32,000 bases of DNA, from positions 360,001-392,000 of the forward strand of contig NC_018267.1 of NCBI RefSeq assembly GCF_000306885.1, in the 5' to 3' direction. Of this stretch, positions 10,210 to 20,049 are shown piece after piece. Source of the stretch: Wolbachia endosymbiont of Onchocerca ochengi (GTDB lineage: Bacteria; Pseudomonadota; Alphaproteobacteria; Rickettsiales; Anaplasmataceae). The position numbers and the translations under genes were made by a program. The notes beneath the pieces were generated by a model. It saw only the letters and a list, made by a program, of their open reading frames with translations. It ran no database searches and was not told the DNA's origin. Numbering within the stretch: the first letter of the stretch is position 1; every line of letters starts with the position of its first letter.

Positions 10210-10584
10210 CTAGACCCTATCGCTTTTATAAGTAGTACGCTCTTTTATTCTCGCAGACTTTCCAAATAGTTTACATAAGTAATACAGCTTTGCTCTACGA
10301 ACCTTTCCCTTCCTTGTTACTTGAACTGAAACTAACGTAGGAGAACAAACAAAAAATTGGGATACTATACTTTCCTCATAACTCACTTTCCTAACCGTAA
10401 AAGAAGAGTGTAATCCACGATTCCTCTTCGATATACATACACCTTCAAATATTTGGATACGCTCACTTGCACCGTCAACTATTTTAAAAGTGACCTTTAA
10501 ATCATCACCAGAACGAAACTCTGGTACTTTTTTAATTAGCATTTCCATTTGTTTATTATTAAACTTTTCAAGTAAATTTATCAT
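10210..10584 (-). CDS. rplS: 50S ribosomal protein L19
   Basis: The 124-aa ORF contains [46 protein letters not shown], a typical L19 sequence. Confidence 0.95.
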   Translation of the reverse strand: MINLLEKFNNKQMEMLIKKVPEFRSGDDLKVTFKIVDGASERIQIFEGVCISKRNRGLHSSFTVRKVSYEESIVSQFFVCSPTLVSVQVTRKGKVRRAKLYYLCKLFGKSARIKERTTYKSDRV

Positions 10585-11275
10585 TTATTTCTCCACCTAA
10601 TAATTCAGGTCTACGTCTCTTTGTTATAATTTGAGACTGCCTCTGCCTCCAATCATTTATTTTTTCATGGTCACCAGACAACAAAACTTCAGGGACTTTA
10701 CGTTTTCTCCATTGCTTAGGTCTAGTATATTGAGGATACTCAAGTATACCACCAGTATAACTAAAACTTTCTTCAATAAGACTATCTGAATTACCTATTA
10801 CTCCAGGAAGAAGCCTAACACATGTATCAATAACCACCATAGCAGCTGGTTCACCTCCTGAAAGGATATAATCTCCAATACTTAATTCATAAGGAGTATA
10901 CTCATCAATCACCCTCTGGTCAATACCCTCAAATCGACCACACAATATTGTTATGTGAGAGAATTTTATTAATTCTCTTGCAACATTCTGATTAAATTTT
11001 GTGCCAGATGGAGTCATATAAATAAATCTAGTATTCTTATGGGCAGAAAAAACACTATCAACTGCACTACCAATCACATCGGGACGCATAATCATTCCTG
11101 CTCCACCTCCATATGGAACATCGTCTACTGTTGAATGTTTATCTTCAGCAAAAAAACGTATATCTACTACTTCAAGGTTCCATATTTTTTTTTCTAACGC
11201 TTTTCCAGCAAGAGAATACTCTAGGAACCCAGGAAGCATCTCCGGAAATATGGTTAATATTGTAATATTGAACAT
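10568..11275 (-). CDS. trmD: tRNA (guanine37-N1)-methyltransferase TrmD
   Basis: Contains [40 protein letters not shown] and [16 protein letters not shown]. It overlaps rplS by 17 nt. Confidence 0.95.
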   Translation of the reverse strand: MFNITILTIFPEMLPGFLEYSLAGKALEKKIWNLEVVDIRFFAEDKHSTVDDVPYGGGAGMIMRPDVIGSAVDSVFSAHKNTRFIYMTPSGTKFNQNVARELIKFSHITILCGRFEGIDQRVIDEYTPYELSIGDYILSGGEPAAMVVIDTCVRLLPGVIGNSDSLIEESFSYTGGILEYPQYTRPKQWRKRKVPEVLLSGDHEKINDWRQRQSQIITKRRRPELLGGEINDKFT

Positions 11276-11343
11276 CTTTATAGATTTGTAGCAAACCTAA
11301 GTAGAAATTGATATAATGTTTATAATACATAGTCAAACCATTT

Positions 11344-12066
11344 ATGCTACCAGGTAAAATAATATATGAAGGTAAAGCTAAGTCTATTATTGAAACTAAA
11401 GACCCATTAACCGTGATACAGCACTTCAAAGACGATGTTACAGCATTTAATAAAAAAAAACATGAGGTTATTAAAGGTAAGGGAATAATCAATAATTTTA
11501 TCAGTGCTTTCATTATGGAAAAACTTGAGAAAATGGTAATTAATACACACTTTATAAAAACTCTAAACGAAAGAGAACAGCTAGTTAAAAAACTAAAAAT
11601 TGTACCTCTTGAGGTAGTAGTGAGAAACATTGCAGCAGGAAGTTTTTGTAAGCGCTTTAATATAAAAGAAGGTAAAAGACTTACATCTCCTATAATTGAG
11701 TTTTTTTATAAAAATGATAATCTAGCTGATCCAATGGTAAATGAAAACCATATCATATATTTTGGCTGGTTATCTCGTAAAGAAATAGAAAAAATTAAAA
11801 TTATAACCTTAAAAGCCAACACATTTCTAACAAACTTGTTTTCAAACGCAGGAATGGACCTGGTCGATATCAAATTAGAATTTGGCAGATTAATAAATAA
11901 CAGTACAAAAATCGTCTTAGCTGACGAGATTAGTCCTGATAATTGTAGATTCTGGGATAAAAATACACACAAAAAATTAGACAAAGATATTTTTCGTTTA
12001 AGCTTAGGGGACTTAAAAGAAGCATACTTAGAAGTTGCAAAAAGGTTGTCATTAAAGTTAGATTAA
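11344..12066 (+). CDS. purC: phosphoribosylaminoimidazole-succinocarboxamide (SAICAR) synthase
   Basis: The 240-aa ORF contains YEGKAKSI, VPLEVVVRNIAAGS, DIKLEFG and ADEISPDNCRFWD. Confidence 0.94.
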   Translation: MLPGKIIYEGKAKSIIETKDPLTVIQHFKDDVTAFNKKKHEVIKGKGIINNFISAFIMEKLEKMVINTHFIKTLNEREQLVKKLKIVPLEVVVRNIAAGSFCKRFNIKEGKRLTSPIIEFFYKNDNLADPMVNENHIIYFGWLSRKEIEKIKIITLKANTFLTNLFSNAGMDLVDIKLEFGRLINNSTKIVLADEISPDNCRFWDKNTHKKLDKDIFRLSLGDLKEAYLEVAKRLSLKLD

Positions 12067-13100
12067 CTAAGTACTATTCTATCAAAGGAAGGGTCACATA
12101 CCTCATTGAGTCTTCCAATAATTTCAATTTTCTCCCCATGTTTTTGAAAATGATCTTTCACATTTTGCATATTCTCAGGATCCACGATCAATACCATACC
12201 AATACCACAATTAAATATCTTTAACATTTCTTTCTTTCCTATCTTGCCTTCTTCCATTAACCATAAAAATATATCTGGCCATTCCCAAGAACTAGTATCT
12301 ATATTTGCAAACAAATTTTTTGGAAGAATCCGTGGGATATTATCTACCAAGCTACCACCTGTGATATGTGCAATACCTTTTACTTGCGGTGTAATAGGTA
12401 ACAGAGAGTCAACATATATCTTTGTTGGCTTAAGTAACACTTCTCCCCAAAATTGGCTATTCCATGGAGATAAATCATTATAGCTTATACCTAAATCTCT
12501 AAAAACACAACGTACTAAAGAGAACCCATTTGAATGAATTCCACTTGACTCTAACCCAACTATATAATCACCAGCCTTCATTATACTATAATTCGGAAGA
12601 ATTTTACTTTTATCAATTATTCCAACTACAAATCCTGCAAGGTCATAATGATCATTGTCATACATTCCAGGCATCTCTGCAGTTTCCCCACCAACTAACC
12701 CTATCTTAGCTTTCTTACATCCCTCTACAATACCACAAACTACAGAAAGCAAAATATCTTTATTCAAAATACCAGTTGCAAAATAATCAAGAAAAAATAA
12801 AGGTGTTGCTCCTTGTGCAAGTAAGTCATTTACACACATTGCAACTAAATCTATACCTATAGTATCATGTTTATTTACTTCTTGAGCTATTAACAGCTTT
12901 GTACCTACCCCATCGGTTGAGGAAACTAATACAGGATGATTATAATTTTTAATTAACTTAGCAAAATCAAACAGTGCAGAAAAAGAACCTACCTCACTAA
13001 GTACTTCTTCCTTTTTAGTTTTCTCAACAATGAGTTTGACTTCTTTCATCAACTTATTATACAGTTCAAGGTCTACTCCCGATTTAGAATAGGTATTCAT
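12063..13100 (-). CDS. purM: phosphoribosylformylglycinamidine cyclo-ligase (AIR synthetase)
   Basis: The 345-aa ORF contains YSKSGVD, STDGVGTKLLIA, DLVAMCVNDLLAQGATPLFFLDY and GLVGGETAEMPG. Confidence 0.95.
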   Translation of the reverse strand: MNTYSKSGVDLELYNKLMKEVKLIVEKTKKEEVLSEVGSFSALFDFAKLIKNYNHPVLVSSTDGVGTKLLIAQEVNKHDTIGIDLVAMCVNDLLAQGATPLFFLDYFATGILNKDILLSVVCGIVEGCKKAKIGLVGGETAEMPGMYDNDHYDLAGFVVGIIDKSKILPNYSIMKAGDYIVGLESSGIHSNGFSLVRCVFRDLGISYNDLSPWNSQFWGEVLLKPTKIYVDSLLPITPQVKGIAHITGGSLVDNIPRILPKNLFANIDTSSWEWPDIFLWLMEEGKIGKKEMLKIFNCGIGMVLIVDPENMQNVKDHFQKHGEKIEIIGRLNEVCDPSFDRIVLS

Positions 13101-13233
13101 AATCTCTTTATAAACTTCATAGTTATTAATACTATATTAATAAGCCATCACAAAAAGTACAACGAAACTTCCTCTCAATTGACTATCACACATTTACCAA
13201 TATAGGGTAATTTAAATCATTTACAATCGCCTA

Positions 13234-13892
13234 ATGAATGAAAACATCAAAAACATGTTATTAATAACAGAATTACTGTCAGGACAGCTGCTTCATGACT
13301 TCGCTAATTCTATGAATGGAATAATGTTTGGCTTAGAAGAGTTTGAAGAATATAATAAGAATAATGACATTGCGTGCAAAGAAGCGTTGTCATTACTTAA
13401 AGAAAGTTCTGATGATTTAATAAATAAACATAAAGTTATGAAGCAAGCATATTCTTCTTCAGCAGATAATTACAATTTTGGCCAAACTAAATCTAACATT
13501 GAAAGTTACTTATTAAAAAAAAAGTAAAGTTTATGTGGGAGATAGACGAATATCCTGTAAAAGGTAAAGAAGATTTAATTGAAAAAATAAATAAGATAAT
13601 TTCTAATATGGCACTAACTATAGCTAGTGTAATAGCAGAAGTTGAATTAGTTTCTGTTTTATTAAGCCAAACAGAAGGTAAAACGTTATTAACTATAAAA
13701 ATTTTAAACAAGCACAAGTTAATGAGCAAATCTTTAGCAAACAAATTAACAAAAAAAGATAGTATTAATTTAAATGCAAAAGATGTTAATGTCTATATGA
13801 CTTCTCTATTACTAGAATATTATAACACTGAAATACATTGTTCTTGTAAAAATAATTTGCTAGAAATAGGTTTAGTTTTAACTCAAGGATAA
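13234..13892 (+). pseudogene. chpT: ChpT-like histidine phosphotransferase (CckA-ChpT-CtrA relay), split into two ORFs (13234..13527 and 13533..13892) by a frame change at an A9 run
   Basis: ORF1 has LSGQLLHDFANSMNGIMFGLEEFEE, matching Caulobacter ChpT LAARLCHDFISPASAIVSGLDLLED with the phospho-His. It continues KQAYSSSADNYNF, matching RVAFGASASAENF. ORF2 supplies the C-terminal CA-like half. The second frame is open from 13503 and overlaps ORF1 across A9 (13515..13523). The two halves total 97+119 aa, close to full ChpT length. Confidence 0.75.
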
Positions 13893-13972
13893 CCTCACAC
13901 TTTACAAAAAGCATCTACAAGCTTAAGTATTAGTATAGGAACTAAAGTTGTTCAGCATCTTTAAAGGAAGGC

Positions 13973-13991
13973 ATACTCGCTTAGCGAGTAT
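13973..13991. terminator. GC-containing hairpin between convergent chpT and tlyC; possible bidirectional terminator
   Basis: ATACTCGC-tta-GCGAGTAT is a perfect 8-bp stem. There is no clear U-tract on either side, so the assignment is weak. Confidence 0.3.
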
Positions 13992-14050
13992 CAACACGTT
14001 GTAAACCCTCTTATCTAAAAATGAGACAATTTTTTATAAAGGAGACCAAT

Positions 14051-14866
14051 CTACTTTTTATAATCATTGAGGTCTAATATTATTCTATTAATGTAGCGCT
14101 CACTTGCATCCTTAATGATAAACTTTGCACCATTTTTATACTTGATAATTTCACCCTCAGAAGGCACCTTACCTGCAATTGAAAGAATTAATCCACCAAG
14201 CGTAACGTAATCCTCTTTTAGATCACGTAATTCTATTTTTAAACTTTCCTCTATATCTTTTATAAGAGCCCTCGCTGACACCTCAAATTCATTTTGAGAT
14301 AACTTAATAGTTGTGCATTCAAAAGATTCATTTTCACTATTAACGTTCGGTACTAATTTTTCTATAAGGTCGATCATTGAAATTAAACCATCAGTTCCAC
14401 CGTATTCGTCTAGTACAACAGCTAAGTGTGGTCTAGCAGACTTCATTTTAATAAAAAGGTTAGTAATCTTCATTGAAGGCGGAACAAATATTACGTTTTG
14501 CACAAGACTTTTCAAATCAAAAATCTCATTTTTATCAAAAAGAACATCTTTCACATAAAAGAATCCTATTATGTTATCAAAGTTGTTCTTATAAACCAGT
14601 ATCTTAGTGTGGTGAGTACTTCTTATCTTTTTTATTACTTCATGTTTACTTGACTCAATGTCTAACGCACATATTTCTGTACGTGGAGTCATTATATCAG
14701 TTATATTACAGTCATGAAATTTCAGCAAATCATTGAATATATTAAAACCTGGCAGATTTTTCATTAGTACTTCGATTGCACATTTTCTCAGCATACGAAA
14801 TCTCCCGAAAAGAAACAGAAAGACTTTACACACAATCTTTTCTCCTAAAGTCCTTTTTTTATTCAA
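14051..14866 (-). CDS. tlyC: CBS-domain / CorC_HlyC-domain protein (TlyC/CorC family, COG1253-type)
   Basis: Contains ITDIMTPRTEI, a CBS pair (IIGFFYVKDVL), HLAVVLDEYGGTDGLISMIDLIE, and the C-terminal transporter-associated domain TLGGLILSIAGKVPSEGE. The track start is a TTG; the first in-frame ATG is at 14794. Confidence 0.85.
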   Translation of the reverse strand: MNKKRTLGEKIVCKVFLFLFGRFRMLRKCAIEVLMKNLPGFNIFNDLLKFHDCNITDIMTPRTEICALDIESSKHEVIKKIRSTHHTKILVYKNNFDNIIGFFYVKDVLFDKNEIFDLKSLVQNVIFVPPSMKITNLFIKMKSARPHLAVVLDEYGGTDGLISMIDLIEKLVPNVNSENESFECTTIKLSQNEFEVSARALIKDIEESLKIELRDLKEDYVTLGGLILSIAGKVPSEGEIIKYKNGAKFIIKDASERYINRIILDLNDYKK

Positions 14867-15254
14867 GTTACTTCCTGTAATAGATAAAACACTTTCATAT
14901 TAGATTTATCAAGAAAACTGTTGTCAAATATTTAATAAGTGTGTGAATAACATTAAATTAATCTGTGAGTTATATGTTGATATAAGATATTAACAGTTTC
15001 TCAACAACTTTCTCACCAGCATATACATAGCTATGTAACAACACACAACAAAAAAAAATTTTTCATAAAAAGAGATTGCCAATAATTTAAACATTTCACT
15101 TATACACACGGTTTACAATAGAAAGCCAATAACGTACTAAAGTTATTAACATACTTATCTACAAGTGAGACAAAGAGAGTTATCATTAACCTTTAAACTA
15201 GCAACAAATTATTAAGAATCTATTATTATTATATATATACCTTTTATGTAAAAA
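14867..15254. other. probable chromosomal replication origin (oriC) in the tlyC/hemE spacer
   Basis: - Three one-mismatch DnaA boxes against TTATCCACA: TTATTCACA (minus strand, 14942..14950), TTATACACA (15100..15108) and TTATCTACA (15155..15163).
- Degenerate CtrA-type sites: TTAA-N7-TCAA (14990..15004) and TTAA-N7-TTAT (15212..15226).
- An A9T5 tract near 15050..15064.
- Non-coding DNA to the left has more C than G and to the right more G than C.
- The flanking genes match those reported for the Wolbachia ori. Confidence 0.65.
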
Positions 15255-16265
15255 ATGAGTAAATCAATAATAGCAAGAATTATTAGAGATAGTAAACAAG
15301 TCGAAAAAACACCAATTTGGTTAATGCGTCAGGCAGGTAGATCTCTCCCAGAGTATCATAAAGCAATGGAAGGTGTGAGCAACTTTATGAAAGCATGCTA
15401 TAACACAGATCTAATTACAAAACTAACACTCCAACCAGTAACAAGATTCAATATGGACGCAGCCATAATTTTTTCAGATATCTTAGTAATAGCTGATGTT
15501 TTAGGGTGTGATATAAATTTCGTACGTGGCATAGGTCCAGTAATAAAGCCTATAGAAAACCCTAAAGAGTTAACTGATTTAGAGAAAATTGAGACTAAAA
15601 CTTTGCCAATTCTAAATGCTATAAAAAAAGTAAGGTATGAATTATCAGAGGAAAAGTCCCTTATAGGATTTGCTGGGGGACCATGGACAATAGCTTCATA
15701 CATTATAGAAGGTAGAAACAATAGAACTTTCTACAAAGCGCTAAATTTTTGTTCCTCAAAATTGGAAAAAATAATTGAACAAATAACAGAAGCAACGATT
15801 ATTTATCTAACTAAACAAATAGAGTATGGAGTGGACGTTATTCAGCTATTTGATAGTAATGCTGGCATTCTTTCAGAAAAATTATTTAAAAAATATATCA
15901 TTAAGCCAACAAGAGAGATTGTCTTAGCAATAAAAGATAAATTTTCAGATTTTCCGATAATAGGTTTCCCAAAATCTGCTGGAAAGCTCTACAAAGATTA
16001 CTGTCAACAGACTAGTATATCCGCGATAAGCATAGATTATGACATTTCAGTAGAATGGGCAAAGACAAATCTAAAAGTTCCTTTACAAGGTAATCTTAAT
16101 CCTAGTCTTTTAGCCTACGATCAAGCAGGGGCAATTAAAGAAGCAAAACATATAATAGATTGCTTTAGAGATTTACCTTTCATATTTAATCTTGGGCATG
16201 GAGTGCTTCCTGATACTCCAGTTGAAAATATTGCTGCATTAGTGAATCTAGTAAAAAACTATTAA
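15255..16265 (+). CDS. hemE: uroporphyrinogen decarboxylase
   Basis: The 336-aa ORF contains [32 protein letters not shown] and [12 protein letters not shown]. Confidence 0.95.
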   Translation: MSKSIIARIIRDSKQVEKTPIWLMRQAGRSLPEYHKAMEGVSNFMKACYNTDLITKLTLQPVTRFNMDAAIIFSDILVIADVLGCDINFVRGIGPVIKPIENPKELTDLEKIETKTLPILNAIKKVRYELSEEKSLIGFAGGPWTIASYIIEGRNNRTFYKALNFCSSKLEKIIEQITEATIIYLTKQIEYGVDVIQLFDSNAGILSEKLFKKYIIKPTREIVLAIKDKFSDFPIIGFPKSAGKLYKDYCQQTSISAISIDYDISVEWAKTNLKVPLQGNLNPSLLAYDQAGAIKEAKHIIDCFRDLPFIFNLGHGVLPDTPVENIAALVNLVKNY

Positions 16266-16334
16266 CACGATAACGAAATCTCTGGCTTTTTTGTTAAACG
16301 AGGTTTATTATTTGGATTTGGCTTCAGTAAGATT

Positions 16335-17528
16335 ATGTTAGAACTCGCAAAAAGAATGTCTTTAATAAAACTATCACCTACAATTGCTGTAACTGATAAG
16401 GTAAATAGACTAAAAAGTCAAGGAAAAGAGATCTGTGTTTTAGCTGCAGGGGAACCAGACTTTGATACTCCAGGTCATATAAAGAAAGCAGCTATCCAAG
16501 CAATAAATGAAGGTAAAACTAAGTATACTGCTGTTGATGGAACCCGTGAGCTTAAAGGAGCGATAATTGACAAGCTAAAAAGGGACAACGATCTTGAATA
16601 TACGCCTAGCCAAATCTGTGTTGGTGCTGGTGCTAAGCAAGTACTGTTTAACTTGCTTATGGCAACGATTAACCCTGAAGATGAAGCTGTAATTCCAGCT
16701 CCTTGCTGGGTTTCGTACGTTGATATGGTAAGCTTTTTTGGCGGCTTACCAGTTATGGCAGAATGCAAGGAAAACTTTAAACTGACATCAGAGTTATTGA
16801 GAAGTAAGATAACTGAAAAGACTAAATGGTTAATTCTCAATTCGCCAAATAATCCAGCAGGAGTTGTATATACATATGACGAATTGAAGAAAATAGCACA
16901 AATATTGCTTGAGCATCCACACGTGAACATTATTACGGATGATATTTACGAACACATAGTATACGATGGAAAGTTTTTTACTATTGCTCAGGTTGAGCCA
17001 AGGCTCTATGACAGAGTTTTTGTAGTTAATGGAGTATCAAAAGCTTATGCAATGACAGGTTGGAGAATAGGTTATGTTGCTGGTAGAAGTGATGTAGTAA
17101 AAGCTATTTCTATACTGCAGTCTCAGAGTACTTCAAATCCAAATTCAATAGCACAGGCAGCAGCGGTTGAAGCATTAAATGGTAATCATGATTTTCTAAA
17201 AGAAAGGATAAAAATTTTTAAAAATCGCAGAGATTTTGTGGCTGAAAAATTGGGCTCCGTTCCAGGGTTGTCGGTGTTTATTCCACAAGGTGCGTTCTAC
17301 TTGTTTATTTCGTGTGAAAATCTGTTGGGTAAGAGTACAAAAAACGGTAAAGTAATAAATAATGATCTTGATTTTGCTGAGTATTTGTTAGAAGACCATT
17401 TAGTTGCTGTGATTCCAGGGGTTGCGTTTAGTCTGAAAAACTTTATTAGAGTTTCTTATGCGACTTCTCAGGAGCAACTAGAGATTGGGTGTAATAGTAT
17501 TGTAAAAGCATGTGAGATGCTAAGTTAG
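16335..17528 (+). CDS. aatA: aspartate aminotransferase (class I PLP aminotransferase)
   Basis: The 397-aa ORF contains LAAGEPDFDTP, LNSPNNPAG and NGVSKAYAMTGWRIGY with the PLP-lysine motif, and ends in RVSYATS. Confidence 0.9.
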   Translation: MLELAKRMSLIKLSPTIAVTDKVNRLKSQGKEICVLAAGEPDFDTPGHIKKAAIQAINEGKTKYTAVDGTRELKGAIIDKLKRDNDLEYTPSQICVGAGAKQVLFNLLMATINPEDEAVIPAPCWVSYVDMVSFFGGLPVMAECKENFKLTSELLRSKITEKTKWLILNSPNNPAGVVYTYDELKKIAQILLEHPHVNIITDDIYEHIVYDGKFFTIAQVEPRLYDRVFVVNGVSKAYAMTGWRIGYVAGRSDVVKAISILQSQSTSNPNSIAQAAAVEALNGNHDFLKERIKIFKNRRDFVAEKLGSVPGLSVFIPQGAFYLFISCENLLGKSTKNGKVINNDLDFAEYLLEDHLVAVIPGVAFSLKNFIRVSYATSQEQLEIGCNSIVKACEMLS

Positions 17529-18772
17529 CTATTCTGTATTTCCTTGTGTTAATAAAATAAATCTAATATATGATATATTTAGTATTAGCTAGCTTATTTT
17601 AAGTGGTATAGAATTGTACCTCTAAAATAATAGTAATATGGCTTTTTTTTTATTATCCTTTCTATAGGAACCGTTCTAGTTTATAGCTTTGTAAGTCTTT
17701 ATTTTGTCTTATTGGCGATAAGTATAGTATGTTTCTTTTTATACATCTTGCATAATTTAGATTAGCGTAAGTTATATAGGTATAATAATGATGGGAATAA
17801 ATGTTTTTTAATGATCTAGTTAATTTTAGACCGTTTAATTTTTTCTTACTTTGGTAACGTTCAATATTTTAGGCTTGAAGGTTTTGCTAATAAATGATTA
17901 GAAATTAGTTGTAACCAAAAATCAGAGCAAAGTAAGTTAGGAAATTTGTTTTCCTATGTTAGTAATGTTTACTAGAAGTTATCTTTAGCTTTCTAACTTG
18001 TAAAGAAAGCCGTACCCCATTAATCAAATGAACACATTTTTTATGTTTAGCTTCTCATTTTTCTTATTTTGTTAAATCAAGTTTATGTTGTTTATCTTAT
18101 TTGCTAAATTTTCTCCTTTAGATTTTTTAAATAGCTTCCGTTGATGTGATGTTTACTATTGAATTTTGTAATGACTTCTTTCTTTTTTAGGTAAGTGCTT
18201 AGAAGTTTTAGCACTTAGTGTTTAGCAAAAACCTAAACAAATTTTTATCAAGCCTTAAATCTTTATATAGACTTTCTAAATCTTTATCATAGTGCTTTGC
18301 TTGATTTACGATGATTTTATTATTTCTTCTATCTTGCTTAAAAGCTCTCTATTTAGTCTATCATGTCTGTTACCTAGATGGTGTGTTAGGTGTCTTACTT
18401 AATACTTTCATATGTGATTTTGTAGTATATTGTTTGTTGTTTTTATGTTCGCTGATCTATCTTTTACTTTAGTATTATGTCATTCTATATGTAAAGAGGC
18501 TAATCAACTGGGTAGATGTAATGGTTTTGATGCTAAGTTTGTTAAAAATTATGCTATTTAAGATAAAATTTTATTACAAAATAAAAGTATAAATAAAATT
18601 TGTGAAGGAAACAAAGTAAAAAGCCTTTTTAGAAAATATTCTCTTTATGCTATAAAATTTAGTCGATATATGATAGTTATGAATTTAATTTTGTTAAACT
18701 TTAATAAATTGAAAAAATATTTGCAAAGATGTTGCTTTTTGTAGCTAGAGCACCTATAGTAGTAAATTTAAA
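17529..18772. other. 1.24-kb gene-free, stop-saturated tract; probable decayed gene remnants
   Basis: No ORF of at least 60 aa occurs in any frame, and the plus strand is G/T-rich. Minus-strand translation gives lysine-rich open stretches broken by stops, for example AFKQDRRNNKIIVNQAKHYDKDLESLYKDLRLDKNLFRFLLNTKC*. Confidence 0.4.
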
Positions 18773-19993
18773 ATGAGTTTTATGTTACAGAGAAAGTTTT
18801 TAGTATGGTTATTAGCATCACTCTTTTATGCATATCAATATATATTACGTGTAATTCCAAATGTAATCACACCTGGGTTAATGACAAAGTTTAATATAAA
18901 CATAGTTGATGTCGGTCAATTTAGTGGGTTATACTATGTAGGATATACATTAGCTCATATACCTGTTGGTCTTTTTCTTGATAGATCTGGGCCAAAGCTT
19001 ATTTTGCCTATATGCACTATTTTAACATTTGTTGGAACACTACCACTTATATATTTTGATGAATGGTATCCTTCAATTCTTGGTAGAATACTTGTTGGAG
19101 TTGGATCATCTGCTTCAGCAATTGGGATCTTTAAAGTTGCAACCATGTATTTCTCTCGAGAAAGATCAGCAAAAATGACTAGTTTATCTATAATAATAGG
19201 GTTACTGGGAGCTATTTATGGCGGATTACCTCTAGATTTCTTACTTAATAGCTTTGGTTGGGATTATGTTATATATGCTTTCTCAATAATTGGTTGTTTA
19301 CTCGCTTTGTTGTTATTTTTTGTAACACCAAATAATAATACACAAGAAGCTATAAATAGCAATATACTTCAAGATTTAAAAAGTGTACTTTGTAACAAGC
19401 ACATAGTTTTGATTAGTTTTTTTGGTAGCTTAATGATTGGTCCACTAGAAGGTTTTGCTGATGGCTGGGCAAGAACGTTCTTATGTGAAGTCTATCAGAT
19501 AACAGGAGATTTGGCATCTTTTCTTTCTTCTTTTATATTTATAGGTTTTGGAGCTGGAGCATTTTTTTTAGCTTTTTTACTAGAGAAGTATCCAAGTAGG
19601 CATTATGAAGTGATTATTACATGTTCTCTTACAATGATTATCAGCTTCATCTTACTTTTTATACAGGTTGGTGGTTTATATGTTGTGGTTCCTACACTTC
19701 TTATTATCGGCTTTGCATCTGGATATCAGGTAATTACCATTTACAAAGCAATAAGCTACGTAAGCAATAACTTAGTAGGACTAGCTACAGCTGTTTCAAA
19801 TATGATAATTATGATTTTTGGCTATTTTTTTCATATTGGGATTGCAAAAATAGTAAGTTTCTATTGGGATAGAACAGTAATACAAGGGAATCCTGTGTAT
19901 GGTCCTGAACTGTTGATAAAGGCAATATCAATTATTCCTGTATGCCTACTTTTGGCTGTTTTCGGTTTTGTGTGGTTAAGGAAACGTTCTTAA
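18773..19993 (+). CDS. major facilitator superfamily transporter
   Basis: The 406-aa ORF is hydrophobic throughout and consistent with about 12 TM segments. It has an MFS loop-2/3-like motif GLFLDRSGPK. The substrate cannot be inferred. Confidence 0.85.
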   Translation: MSFMLQRKFLVWLLASLFYAYQYILRVIPNVITPGLMTKFNINIVDVGQFSGLYYVGYTLAHIPVGLFLDRSGPKLILPICTILTFVGTLPLIYFDEWYPSILGRILVGVGSSASAIGIFKVATMYFSRERSAKMTSLSIIIGLLGAIYGGLPLDFLLNSFGWDYVIYAFSIIGCLLALLLFFVTPNNNTQEAINSNILQDLKSVLCNKHIVLISFFGSLMIGPLEGFADGWARTFLCEVYQITGDLASFLSSFIFIGFGAGAFFLAFLLEKYPSRHYEVIITCSLTMIISFILLFIQVGGLYVVVPTLLIIGFASGYQVITIYKAISYVSNNLVGLATAVSNMIIMIFGYFFHIGIAKIVSFYWDRTVIQGNPVYGPELLIKAISIIPVCLLLAVFGFVWLRKRS

Positions 19994-20049
19994 AACTACT
20001 TGTAGATAGAGTGTATTTTAGTATTATTAAGCTTAACATGGTTTGATTT

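Noticed and set aside
11172-11630. 152-aa minus-strand ORF spanning the trmD start and the purC 5' end
   Set aside because: It overlaps two well-supported genes, one of them antisense. Its low-complexity composition marks it as a shadow ORF.
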